From: an uncultured Candidatus Saccharibacteria bacterium | GTDB taxonomy: Bacteria > Patescibacteriota > UBA1384 > XYA2-FULL-43-10 > 1-14-0-10-43-13 | DNA: 64,000 nucleotides | NCBI GenBank assembly: GCA_964364265.1 | Contig: CAYILA010000003.1 | Coordinates: 19,959-83,958, forward strand | Reading direction: 5' to 3' | Part shown: positions 20,745 through 30,493 of the stretch, one piece after another | Layout of the letters: each line of letters opens with the position of its first letter | Position numbering within the stretch: position 1 is the first letter of the stretch | Notes under the pieces: model-generated | Told to the model about the DNA's origin: nothing | The model's input: only the letters and a program-made list of their open reading frames with translations | The model's database searches: none | Translations under genes and position numbers: made by a program

Positions 20745-21596
20745 CTATCTATTTTTTAAAATCTCTTCATTAATCATTTTGTCTTCAATCGAGCGCATTG
20801 ATTTGCGTCCATGCAAAATGGTGTAAACGGTTAATCGTAATCCTTTAGGCAAAAAGAAAAACAAATATTTTAGCAACGAAAGCAATGGCCATTTTCTTCC
20901 GACCGCTTTTGTTTGATGTAGTAATATCGCTTTTTTCAAATCAAAAACTGTCTTGCCTTCGAAAACAGTGTACCCCTGTCCGATGCCTTCTAAAATATGC
21001 GCGTCGCTTCCGCCGGACTCCGCTTTGTGGACAATTGTCTCGTTTAAAAATCTTGAGGCAAAGTTTTCGTTGCTTGATGTCGGTGTGGCGTTGATCACTT
21101 CGACCGCATCGATTCCATTTCGTTCCCGTATTGTCGATACGGCGCCAATCCCATTATACACCTCCATCCGTCCGCCGTTCATGCGAGTATAGTTAAACGG
21201 ATGCGGTATAACGCTGATTCCACCCTGATCCTTTATATTTTTTAAAGTATCGGAAACTGTCATATGGGGCGAGACCTTTTTCTTCAAGAATAACCCGACG
21301 ATATGTCCTTCTTTAGAGGTGATCTCTTCGCCGATGATGACTTGAAAACGATAATGGCCGTTTTTTACGATCTCCGCGGCTTTTTTTGCGCCCTCAATTG
21401 TATTATGATCGGTAATCGCAATTATTATCAGGTCGGTTTTGTTTTCGGTGTATTCAATAATTTCTTCTATCGTCGGTTTGCCGTCGGAATAATTACTGTG
21501 CATATGAAGATCGGCTTTGCTGACATGAGCCATTTTGCGAAGCTTGTTTATACTGTCCTCATATATTGATTGCCGGATAAATTGTTTTTTTGCCAT
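20745..21596 (-). CDS. PHP-domain metal-dependent phosphoesterase
   Basis: DLHMHSNYSDG and ITDHNT PHP motifs. Confidence 0.75.
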   Translation of the reverse strand: MAKKQFIRQSIYEDSINKLRKMAHVSKADLHMHSNYSDGKPTIEEIIEYTENKTDLIIIAITDHNTIEGAKKAAEIVKNGHYRFQVIIGEEITSKEGHIVGLFLKKKVSPHMTVSDTLKNIKDQGGISVIPHPFNYTRMNGGRMEVYNGIGAVSTIRERNGIDAVEVINATPTSSNENFASRFLNETIVHKAESGGSDAHILEGIGQGYTVFEGKTVFDLKKAILLHQTKAVGRKWPLLSLLKYLFFFLPKGLRLTVYTILHGRKSMRSIEDKMINEEILKNR

Positions 21597-22216
21597 TAAA
21601 ATAGGGTTATTTGCTCGCTGTTTCCCTTTTTACTTTCTAAAACCATATTCTCAATTTTTGTAATTACTTTTGGGATATTATCGAAGTCCGATTTAAAAGC
21701 ATTAAGCAAGTTTGTCGAGCGGAGGGCGGCGGCCGGATGGTACATCGGTATCAATACTCTCTTTTTTTGATTGAATAGTATCCAGCGAGGTTTGCCGTGA
21801 ACCTGAGATATCTTCATTCCGGATCCAAACTTTGCCATCGAAAATCTTCCCAATGTCACGATTATTTTTGGATCGATTATTTCAATCTGCCGGTCGACAA
21901 ATATCTTAAAGGCCTCGATCTCTTCCGGACTCGGATCGCGGTTCTCCGGCGGACGGTAATAAATGATATTTGATATCCAGATTTCGGGCCGCCGGATTCC
22001 AATACCTTCCAAGGTTTCATTTAATAGTTTGCCTGCGCGTCCGACAAAAGGAATACCTTTTTGATCTTCAAAAAACCCCGGCGCTTCGCCCAAAAAAAAG
22101 AGTGACGATCCAATATTTCCGTCTCCGAAAACCATCTGAGTCGCGCCTGATTTAAGCGGCAAATCCGCTTCAATCGCTTCTCTTTTTAATTTATCCAACT
22201 CTTCTTTTTTATCCAT
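21596..22216 (-). CDS. Uracil-DNA glycosylase, family 4
   Basis: GEAPGFFEDQKGIPFVGRAGKLL family-4 UDG motif A. The start codon overlaps the stop codon of the PHP gene by 1 nt. Confidence 0.85.
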   Translation of the reverse strand: MDKKEELDKLKREAIEADLPLKSGATQMVFGDGNIGSSLFFLGEAPGFFEDQKGIPFVGRAGKLLNETLEGIGIRRPEIWISNIIYYRPPENRDPSPEEIEAFKIFVDRQIEIIDPKIIVTLGRFSMAKFGSGMKISQVHGKPRWILFNQKKRVLIPMYHPAAALRSTNLLNAFKSDFDNIPKVITKIENMVLESKKGNSEQITLF

Positions 22217-22240
22217 CGCTACAACTATATCGCGCTTGAA

Positions 22241-23209
22241 CTAAAAAATCAAAACCCGTTTTTTGAATTGTTCCATCAATTCAATCGCTTCTTCCGCTGA
22301 TTTTGCTTTCATTAAAGATATCTTCAAATCTTTTGTGTCGGCGTTTCCCTTTAAGTATGATGCAAAATGTTTATTCATCAAGACAAAATTCTTATCATTT
22401 TCAAAGTATTTATCGAAAGTGCCGGCATGTTCGATCATCACATTTAAAATGGCGCCGATATTAAGATTTTCTTTTCTCGCGCGGCTTGAAAAAACCCAGG
22501 GATTACCGGAACTGGCCCTGCCTATCATCGCGCCGTCGAGTCTATATTTCCGGGAAATCTCTCGAGCTTTATGATATGAATCAATATCGCCGTTTCCGAT
22601 TAAAACCGTGTCATAACCGATAAAGTATTTTTGAATCTTTTTATATACTTCAAAATGATTCGGAACCCTCCACATCTCTTGCTTGGTTCTGGCGTGGATT
22701 GTTAAGGCGGAAATGCCGCAATCCAAAAGTATCGGGATCCATTGTTCGGATGTATCTTTTTCAAAACCGATTCGAGTTTTGACTGAGATCGGAATATTTT
22801 TTAACCCTTCTTTTGTGGCTTTGATAATTCCCCTTGCCTTATCGGGATTTAATATCAATGCCGACCCGGCTCCCATTTTCACCACTGATTTATCGGGACA
22901 ACCCATATTAATATCGACTCCGTCAAACCCGAGCTTTTCAATCTTTTCAGCCGCAATTTTAAATAGTTTTGGATCCGATCCGAACAATTGAGCGACGATC
23001 GGTCGCTCAATTTTATCGTATTGTAAATCAATCTTTATTTTATTAAAACCCGCATCCGAACAGATTCCGTCAACCGAGGCAAATTCGGTAAATATAACAT
23101 CCGGCTGGCCGTATTTGGCGGTGATGAAACGAAAAGCGGCGTCGGTCACTCCTTCCATTGGAGCTAAGGCTAAAAAAGGATAATTTAATTTTTTCCAAAA
23201 GTTTTTCAA
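22241..23209 (-). CDS. dus: tRNA-dihydrouridine synthase
   Basis: LAPMEGVTDAAFR N-terminus, TIM-barrel FMN motifs, catalytic C in NMGCP. Confidence 0.85.
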   Translation of the reverse strand: MKNFWKKLNYPFLALAPMEGVTDAAFRFITAKYGQPDVIFTEFASVDGICSDAGFNKIKIDLQYDKIERPIVAQLFGSDPKLFKIAAEKIEKLGFDGVDINMGCPDKSVVKMGAGSALILNPDKARGIIKATKEGLKNIPISVKTRIGFEKDTSEQWIPILLDCGISALTIHARTKQEMWRVPNHFEVYKKIQKYFIGYDTVLIGNGDIDSYHKAREISRKYRLDGAMIGRASSGNPWVFSSRARKENLNIGAILNVMIEHAGTFDKYFENDKNFVLMNKHFASYLKGNADTKDLKISLMKAKSAEEAIELMEQFKKRVLIF

Positions 23210-23235
23210 GATTTAGAGCGTTATTTTAATCAATG

Positions 23236-23916
23236 TTATTTGACAATCCGGCCGTCAACTACTCGGATAATCCGATGGCAAAGTTTAGCCACATCCGGAT
23301 TATGGGTGACCATCACAAAAGTTTGTCCGGATTCTTTATTCAGTTTAATTATCATATCCATAATCTCTTTTCCGGATTTAGTATCAAGATTTCCGGTCGG
23401 TTCGTCGGCCAATATGATATCGGGGTTGTTTATTAAAGCCCTGGCGATCGCCACTCTTTGCTGTTGGCCGCCTGATAATTCATTGGGTAAATGATTGGCT
23501 CTTTCTAAAAGACCGACTTTTTCGAGTTCTTCCAGCGCGATTTCTTTTGATTTTGATTTCTTGGTTCCGGCGTATTTCAAAGGCAGCATAACATTTTCCA
23601 GAGCGGTTAAGGATGGAATCAGAGAATAATTTTGAAAAATGTAACCGATATGTCGGTTGCGTAGAGCGGCTAACTGTTTGCGCGAAAGTGTTTTTGTTTT
23701 AATGTCTCCGACCATAACCGTTCCGCTCGTCGGTTGATCCAGAATCCCAAGCATATTCAAAAGGGTCGATTTGCCCGAGCCGGAAGGTCCCATAATCGCC
23801 ACCATCTCACCCTTTTTGGCTTCAAAATCCACGCCGCAAAGGGCCTGGACGACATTATCTTTACCCATCTGATAGGATTTCGTTACATCTTTAATTTTAA
23901 GCGCGATATTTTTCAT
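23236..23916 (-). CDS. ABC transporter ATP-binding protein (MacB/LolD-like)
   Basis: Walker A GPSGSGKST, signature LSGGQQQRVAIARAL, Walker B ILADEPT. Confidence 0.9.
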   Translation of the reverse strand: MKNIALKIKDVTKSYQMGKDNVVQALCGVDFEAKKGEMVAIMGPSGSGKSTLLNMLGILDQPTSGTVMVGDIKTKTLSRKQLAALRNRHIGYIFQNYSLIPSLTALENVMLPLKYAGTKKSKSKEIALEELEKVGLLERANHLPNELSGGQQQRVAIARALINNPDIILADEPTGNLDTKSGKEIMDMIIKLNKESGQTFVMVTHNPDVAKLCHRIIRVVDGRIVK

Positions 23917-23922
23917 ATTTTC

Positions 23923-25203
23923 CTATTCCTCCCTTAACGCTTTAACTAGATTCAGACGCGAAGCTCTCCAAGCCGGAATTACGCCTGCTACGATTCCAAG
24001 AATGAAGGAGAAAGCAATCACTTCTACAATAAAATTGGTATCGAGTAAAAATATCTCCGCGCCCTTACTTTCTAATTTATTATTAACCAAAACTATCATA
24101 ATAATACCCATACCAAGCCCGACTATCCCTCCGATCAGTCCTATCATGCCGGCTTCCAGGGTATACTCCCTGGCCACCGCGCCATCGGTCGCTCCGATTG
24201 CCTTCTTAATGCCTATTTCACGAGTTCGTTCAGAGATCGACATAATCATGGTATTGATAATTGAAAAACTTCCGACTATAAGCGCCAGAAGAGCGGCGCC
24301 GAGTATCACGGCATTAAACATAACCATGGCTTTGTCAATCTGTTCGCCCATGGATTTAGGGGATAAAACCGTAACTTTGTCTCCAAATTGATCCTTAATT
24401 CGGTTTGAAACTGTCTCCGAATCATATCCGTCCTTCCATGATACCGAGGCGCCGGTCGAAAGGTCCTCCATCTTGAATGTCTTGGCTTGTTGAAGTTGGG
24501 TTCTGATGTCGGCCGGCAGTTTTGCCATTGCGGCATCGGATGTCTGGGATGCCTTGTCGGATTGTTCCTTCAGAGAATTTAAGAATGGATTTGACAAAAC
24601 CAGCATCTCCCGGGCCGGGTTAATCGACATCATGGCAAAGCTGTCAGGACCGGTCATCGTTTTGTTCATTACACCCAAAACAGTAAATTCCTTGCCGCGG
24701 ATAGTAATTTTATCGCCGGCGCGGACTTTTTTGTCGGTAGCGATACTGATACCGAGAACAACTTGATCGTCTCTATCTCCTCTTTGAAGCATTCTGCCCT
24801 CTTTCATCGACAGAGTGGTCCAGTTGCGGTTTTGGAATGTTGAATTTAGGTCGTATCCCTCGATTGTCGGCGGCACGCCCATATTGAGGCTGATATTATT
24901 CGGATCCGGTTCGGCATACGGCAATTCTACTCCAGCGCCAACCGCCTCGACGCCTTCAACCTCTGCGATTTGATTTAATGTATCAAGCGGTAGAGTGTTT
25001 GTCGCGCTTGGTCCAAAACCGGCGCTACCTTTTGGCATAATTGTAATTTGACCGGTTATATATCTTTTTCCGCCATCAATCATCTTGTTGAATTTTAAGG
25101 CCAAGGAACCCATTACTGTAAAAGCAAATATCCCGATGGCGATGCCCATTATGGTCAAAAAAGTTCTAAATTTCCGGCGCCACATATTTCTAAATATTTC
25201 CAT
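23923..25203 (-). CDS. ABC transporter permease, FtsX/MacB family
   Basis: N-terminal TM, large periplasmic domain, and a C-terminal 3-TM FtsX fold. Confidence 0.85.
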   Translation of the reverse strand: MEIFRNMWRRKFRTFLTIMGIAIGIFAFTVMGSLALKFNKMIDGGKRYITGQITIMPKGSAGFGPSATNTLPLDTLNQIAEVEGVEAVGAGVELPYAEPDPNNISLNMGVPPTIEGYDLNSTFQNRNWTTLSMKEGRMLQRGDRDDQVVLGISIATDKKVRAGDKITIRGKEFTVLGVMNKTMTGPDSFAMMSINPAREMLVLSNPFLNSLKEQSDKASQTSDAAMAKLPADIRTQLQQAKTFKMEDLSTGASVSWKDGYDSETVSNRIKDQFGDKVTVLSPKSMGEQIDKAMVMFNAVILGAALLALIVGSFSIINTMIMSISERTREIGIKKAIGATDGAVAREYTLEAGMIGLIGGIVGLGMGIIMIVLVNNKLESKGAEIFLLDTNFIVEVIAFSFILGIVAGVIPAWRASRLNLVKALREE

Positions 25204-25322
25204 AAGACCTTTCCTTAATTCACTAATTGATTATTGCACAAATATTAAATTATGCAAGTCAGAAAATGTATACGACAACAAAAGAGAGTGTTTTTCAACT
25301 CTCTTTTTAGGAGGAAGATGGA

Positions 25323-25541
25323 CTATTTTTTGCGTCGCCAGATTCCAATTCTGTGAAAACTTCTTCTGGCTAACTGGGCGTGATTTCCCAATGTTCCGAC
25401 CGCTTTTTTGGTCGCAAGTCTCAAACTCTTATAACTTTCCCGCGCACATTCCCCTTTATATATCATTTTCTGTCGGCTGTACGGCGGACTGTTGACAAGG
25501 ACATATACCGGTTCTAGCCTTTGAAATAAATTATTTTTCAT
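25323..25541 (-). CDS. Hypothetical small basic protein
   Basis: 72 aa ORF between the anti-sigma-like gene and the ABC permease. No recognisable domain. Weak call. Confidence 0.25.
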   Translation of the reverse strand: MKNNLFQRLEPVYVLVNSPPYSRQKMIYKGECARESYKSLRLATKKAVGTLGNHAQLARRSFHRIGIWRRKK

Positions 25542-25656
25542 ATAGCTCCTTTTTTGAAAAGGTGCCGGCCGGCTGTTTGTCTCATTGTTTATGTTTTGAG
25601 ACTTTTATTGCCTCTTCACTGACTAATACGAAAATTAAAATATTAAGATTTCATAA

Positions 25657-26373
25657 TTATTTACAACCGGGATGATACTCAATCAGGGATTGGCTTTTAT
25701 AAACTGATTTAATCTTTTCCGGAATAATTTCAGCGTTGTTTTCAACTTTTCCGTAAACCATAACCATTTGACAAGAGCTGGCATAATTTAAAATGTTTCG
25801 ATTGTCGGTGTCCAGCAGCCACAACTGACCATTATAATCTTTGATGTAAATATTGTTCGCTTGCATGACGACACGCCCGACAATAAAGCCCTTTTCCGGT
25901 TCGATCAGATTATTTATTATCTTCTCTTCATAACTATCGTATATGGGCAAAGAAGCCGAACTGAATTTATCCAATATTAAACCGTAACCTCGAATCTGCA
26001 TTAAAAACGCCATCAGGATAATTATTGAAAATGAGAAAATAATCAAGCCCCTTCTTTCGATTCGATAGCCGCATCTTGTTTTCCTGATTATCCAGAAGAA
26101 TAGGTAGGACGAACAGACGAATACGGCAAACCAGAAATAAGGGGCGACAATTGTTAGATATTCCATCAAAGTAATATGGCCGTAATCCAAAATCTCCCAA
26201 TCGGTCTCGAAAATAATGCTGACAATTATTCCAAATGACAAAACCATAAAAAATATCGATATCAACGATATCGACCAGATGGCTTCTTCCTTCAAAGAAA
26301 AACACCAAGCGGGTGTCGGTTTGATTGATTTTGTTTTGATTTCCTTAAAAATTTTCGAACTAAGGTCTTTCAT
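25657..26373 (-). CDS. Putative membrane anti-sigma factor (partner of ECF sigma)
   Basis: Overlaps the 3' end of the sigma gene by 14 nt. Multi-TM N-terminal half and a soluble C-terminal domain. Function inferred from gene context only. Confidence 0.45.
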   Translation of the reverse strand: MKDLSSKIFKEIKTKSIKPTPAWCFSLKEEAIWSISLISIFFMVLSFGIIVSIIFETDWEILDYGHITLMEYLTIVAPYFWFAVFVCSSYLFFWIIRKTRCGYRIERRGLIIFSFSIIILMAFLMQIRGYGLILDKFSSASLPIYDSYEEKIINNLIEPEKGFIVGRVVMQANNIYIKDYNGQLWLLDTDNRNILNYASSCQMVMVYGKVENNAEIIPEKIKSVYKSQSLIEYHPGCK

Positions 26374-26941
26374 TTTTTGGGATTTGTTTTTCTGCCGCTT
26401 TTTTGAACAATTGCTTAGCCCTGTTTATCAATGTGGCGACAGTACCTTTTGGTTTCTTTAAAATATATGAAATTTCGTTATAATTTTTTTCCTCTAAATA
26501 TCTCAGCACCAAAACACTTTTATACTTTGGCTTTAAGGTGTCGAGAACTTTTGCGACACTCATCTTGGTTATCTCTGCTTCTGCTTCCTTTTCGAGGTTT
26601 GTTTGATCCGGAAGCAACTCAAAAATATCGAAATCCTCTTCAAATGATACTACGCTCGGTCTGGCTTTTATTTTTCGGTAATAAGAAATGGCTTCGTTGT
26701 GCGAGATTCTGTAAATCCAACTTGAAAACTTCTGATTTTTGTCGAATGAATTTAAATTCTTATATGCTTTAATAAACACTTCTTGCAAAATATCCTCGAT
26801 GTCTTCGTCGGAGGAGACCAATAATCTTCTGATATACCGAGACAACTTTCCCTCATACCTTTTCATAAGGTAAATATAGTATGAGTCGTCTTTCAATACC
26901 AGATCGATTAGTTTTTCATCACTAATGTTATTTATATTCAT
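26360..26941 (-). CDS. RNA polymerase sigma-70 factor, ECF subfamily
   Basis: Region 2 (FIKAYKNLNSFDKNQKFSSWIYRISHNEAISYYRK) and region 4 HTH (NYNEISYILKKPKGTVATLINRAKQ). Confidence 0.85.
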   Translation of the reverse strand: MNINNISDEKLIDLVLKDDSYYIYLMKRYEGKLSRYIRRLLVSSDEDIEDILQEVFIKAYKNLNSFDKNQKFSSWIYRISHNEAISYYRKIKARPSVVSFEEDFDIFELLPDQTNLEKEAEAEITKMSVAKVLDTLKPKYKSVLVLRYLEEKNYNEISYILKKPKGTVATLINRAKQLFKKAAEKQIPKNERP

Positions 26942-27069
26942 AAATCGTCGATTATCAACTTCGCTTTTAAGATACCATCTTGGAAAAATTAATCAAAGCC
27001 GCCGCACATTATATATAGTGTTTATTTATTGCCGGATTTCCAGTATCATATTGCCAAGAAAGGATAAAT

Positions 27070-28155
27070 ATGAATTATGCTGTAATTATGGCAGGTGGTC
27101 AGGGCACAAGGTTGTGGCCTCTTTCAAGAAAGAACATGCCCAAACAACTCCACCGTTTATCAAGCGATAAATCATTAATTCAGGAAACTGTTGGAAGATT
27201 GTTGCCCATTTTCAAACCGGACCAGATTTTTATTTCCACCACACCTGAATATCAGGAAGAGATTAATAATCAGTTACCGGAAATCCCAGCAAAGAATTAT
27301 ATAATTGAACCGGTCGCCATGGGCAACGCCGCCGCCTGCGGTTTGGCGACAATGCTGATAGCCAAAAAAGATCCGGAAGCGAATATTATTTTCTATCCCG
27401 CAGATCAATCTATTAAAAATGAAGAAAGATTTCAACAAACCTTGCAATATGCATTTCTTCAACTAAACCAACATCCGGATCATATAATTACAATTGGTAT
27501 TGAGCCGAACCGACCGGATACCGGGTTAGGTTATATCCAGATGGCAGAAGAAATCAATTTTGATAAGGAAAAGAATTTACGAATAAATAAGGTTAAATGC
27601 TTTGTTGAAAAACCGGATCAGGAAACTGCAGTTTCATATATCTCCTCGAGTCAATATCTGTGGAACGCTGGCATTTTTATTTGGCAGACAGATAATTTTA
27701 TCAAATTAGTCCAAGATCATCTTCCGAATATTTATTCGGTATTAAAAACTATTACAGATTCATACAATAGCGACAGGTATGATGATGTATTAAATAGTGA
27801 GTATCCCAATATTGAAAACATAACAGTTGATTACGGAATAATGGAGAAGACTGACAAGATTCTTGTGGTTCCGGGTGATTTTGGTTGGAGCGATATCGGC
27901 AACTGGAGCACACTATTTGAAATATTATCTGAAATAGAAGGAACCAATGTTGTATCGCGCGGAGAACATATCAGCATTGAGGATGAAAACTCAATTGTAT
28001 TTTCCGGTGAAAAGTTAATCGCAACTATCGGGTTGAAAGATATCGTGGTGGTAGACACTCCGGACGCCACTCTAATTTGCGACCGGAACCGAGCCCATCA
28101 AGTGAAAGATTTACTCAATAAATTAAAAGAAGAAGGCAAGGAAAATTATTTATAA
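27070..28155 (+). CDS. manC: Mannose-1-phosphate guanylyltransferase
   Basis: IMAGGQGTRLWPLS nucleotidyltransferase motif and a left-handed beta-helix C-terminus. Confidence 0.85.
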   Translation: MNYAVIMAGGQGTRLWPLSRKNMPKQLHRLSSDKSLIQETVGRLLPIFKPDQIFISTTPEYQEEINNQLPEIPAKNYIIEPVAMGNAAACGLATMLIAKKDPEANIIFYPADQSIKNEERFQQTLQYAFLQLNQHPDHIITIGIEPNRPDTGLGYIQMAEEINFDKEKNLRINKVKCFVEKPDQETAVSYISSSQYLWNAGIFIWQTDNFIKLVQDHLPNIYSVLKTITDSYNSDRYDDVLNSEYPNIENITVDYGIMEKTDKILVVPGDFGWSDIGNWSTLFEILSEIEGTNVVSRGEHISIEDENSIVFSGEKLIATIGLKDIVVVDTPDATLICDRNRAHQVKDLLNKLKEEGKENYL

Positions 28156-28163
28156 AGGACTAT

Positions 28164-29525
28164 ATGGGAAAAGAAATACCATCGGAAATATTTAGATCAT
28201 ACGACATTAGAGGATTGTATCCTTTTCAGCTGGATGAAAAACTAGCCTACAGAATCGCTCAAGCTTACGTAAAATATGTTCAACCGGAAGGCAAAATCGT
28301 TGTCGGTTATGATGTTCGAACTTCCTCCCCAAAGCTTCAGGAGTCGGTCATATCGGGTTTAACCGACGCCGGTATCGATGTCGTTAATATCGGGATGGTT
28401 TCAACCGATATGTATTATTTCGCTGCTGGAAACTATAACTATGCTGGCGGAATTATGATTACCGCTTCTCATAATCCGGCTGAATATAACGGTCTTAAGA
28501 TGGTAAGAGAAAATGTTTACCCTCTGTTTGGTGAAGAAGGAATAAATCAAATTAGGGATATGATTTTAAATAACGAAGAGAAAATCAAATCCGAAAATAC
28601 CGGGATAACTGAAAATAAGGATGTATTAAACGACTTCTCTGATTTTGTACAAGGGTTGATTGATGTAGATTCCGTAAAGCCACTAAAAGTTGTAATGAAC
28701 GCGAATTTCGGTTACCAAGCTGTTGTTGCCGACCACATTATTAAAAGAGCAAAACTTCCCATCACTTTAGTGGGTTTAAATGACCAGCCGGATGGAACAT
28801 TTCCGAAAGGAAGGCCTGATCCATATGTCCCAGAAAACAGACCTGAATTTGTTGAGCTTGTTAAATCTGAAAATGCTGATTTTGGCGTTGCTTGGGATGC
28901 GGATGGTGACAGGGTCTTCTTTTGCACCGGCAACGGTGTATTTGTTGACGCATATTATATTAATTCCTTATTGATTAAAGAAATGTTGGCAAAAAGCGAC
29001 GACAAAAATATCATCTATGAACCCCGCTATACCTGGGCAATTATCGATGCAGCAAAAGAAGCCGGTGGAAATGCCATCGCAGAACGCGTCGGCCATTCCT
29101 ATATTAAAGCCAGGATGAAGAAAGAGAACGCAATATTTTGCGGCGAGTCATCGGGGCATACATATTTTAGAGATTTTTGGTACGCCGATGCCGGTATGAT
29201 TCCGTTTATACTAATGCTAGAAATTATTAGTAAATCCGGCAAATCGCTTGATGATCTGATAATGCCGATTATCAACAAATATCCGATTTCCGGAGAGATT
29301 AATTCTACAGTTGACGACAAGGATGCCGTCCTTTCAGAGATTAGAGAGACATATTCTGACGCCGAATTCAATACTCTTGATGGTTTGTCGCTCGAATATC
29401 CTGATTGGCGAGCCAATATCCGTGCTTCTAATACTGAACCTCTATTACGCTTGAATGTCGAGGCCAAGACTAAAGAACTGGTCGAGGATAAGACCCAAGA
29501 GCTCTTAAATATTATCCGTAGTTAA
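28164..29525 (+). CDS. Phosphomannomutase/phosphoglucomutase
   Basis: Active-site TASHNP, metal loop DADGDR, sugar-binding GESSGH. Confidence 0.9.
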   Translation: MGKEIPSEIFRSYDIRGLYPFQLDEKLAYRIAQAYVKYVQPEGKIVVGYDVRTSSPKLQESVISGLTDAGIDVVNIGMVSTDMYYFAAGNYNYAGGIMITASHNPAEYNGLKMVRENVYPLFGEEGINQIRDMILNNEEKIKSENTGITENKDVLNDFSDFVQGLIDVDSVKPLKVVMNANFGYQAVVADHIIKRAKLPITLVGLNDQPDGTFPKGRPDPYVPENRPEFVELVKSENADFGVAWDADGDRVFFCTGNGVFVDAYYINSLLIKEMLAKSDDKNIIYEPRYTWAIIDAAKEAGGNAIAERVGHSYIKARMKKENAIFCGESSGHTYFRDFWYADAGMIPFILMLEIISKSGKSLDDLIMPIINKYPISGEINSTVDDKDAVLSEIRETYSDAEFNTLDGLSLEYPDWRANIRASNTEPLLRLNVEAKTKELVEDKTQELLNIIRS

Positions 29526-29649
29526 GCTGTCCCTCCCCCATTATCTCCTTCTCCTAATCTCAATTAATTAAAAGTACTGATAAGGTATTATAATTAATCA
29601 CCTTTTCTGGACGGCCGTCCAGATTTAGGGATATTAGTTAATATATGTG

Positions 29650-29692
29650 GAATAGAAAAGGCGGAGGATCCCGTGTGGGGAAACTCCGCCTT
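29650..29692 (-). terminator. Terminator hairpin downstream of the LysM-like ORF
   Basis: AAGGCGGAG...CTCCGCCTT 9-bp stem followed by a T-rich run on the minus strand. Confidence 0.5.
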
Positions 29693-29705
29693 CTAAACTT
29701 TGCCG

Positions 29706-30002
29706 CTAGTTTTTTGCTAGTGGCAATTTCACCCGGTCACCCGGGTGAAGCTTCCCCGGGTCAAGCCCGGGGTTTGTCTCTCTGAATACTTCCCGAAGTG
29801 TCCAGAGAGACACTCGATTGTCCTGAAGCAGGCCGGCCCGCTCCAAGAGTCGGTCCTCGCCGTCGCTCGCTTGGACGACGAGGACCACGCGTGGCCGAGC
29901 TAAAAGCTCGGCCTTTACACGAGCCTGGCGGTGTACTGGTGACACCGTCCAGACTGACCAGAGCGCGGCCAGAATGGCCGCGAGGATGAGAAGTTTTTTC
30001 AT
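29706..30002 (-). CDS. Small secreted/membrane-anchored LysM-like protein encoded in a GC-rich islet
   Basis: Start at MKKLLILAAILAALW (signal/TM), preceded by AGGAAGGGAAG SD. C-terminal SLWTLREVFRETNPGLDPGKLHPGDRVKLP fits the LysM consensus (.TLW.IA......NP.L.DP..I.PGQ.L.IP). The ORF track's longer 134-aa version has no upstream SD. Confidence 0.5.
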   Translation of the reverse strand: MKKLLILAAILAALWSVWTVSPVHRQARVKAELLARPRVVLVVQASDGEDRLLERAGLLQDNRVSLWTLREVFRETNPGLDPGKLHPGDRVKLPLAKN

Positions 30003-30493
30003 AACTTCCCTTCCTAGGCGGCCTAGCCGCCGGTCGTGAGCGTTGACCTTTCGGGTCAGCTCGCGCCTGATATTATAAGTTAATAGCAAGCGTGAACTGA
30101 CTCTAAACAACTGGCATTATAGCATAATACTTCGCTTATGTCAATATTAGATTTGCCTATCGGGAAATGCTCGATTCACCAGACTCTTACCTAACAATTA
30201 CGATATCATCTATACCACTTGACTAGGATTACCCCGTCAAAATCTTCTATACAGGCACAATATTGTGTCAAAATTCACGCTGCAGCGTATGTTATGACAC
30301 AAATATACCCAAACTCTGGCGTGAATTCGGGTATATAGTTATTCTTCGAGTGATGCGATGCTGAAATCGGGAAGTATTAATTATTTCTCGATTCCGCCCC
30401 TGGCTCCCCTCGAACAATATAATATTAGGCCTGATTTACTGATTAGCTCCAATCCTTGGTTGGTCGGCCTCGGGCCGAGATTAGCTATCTCTG

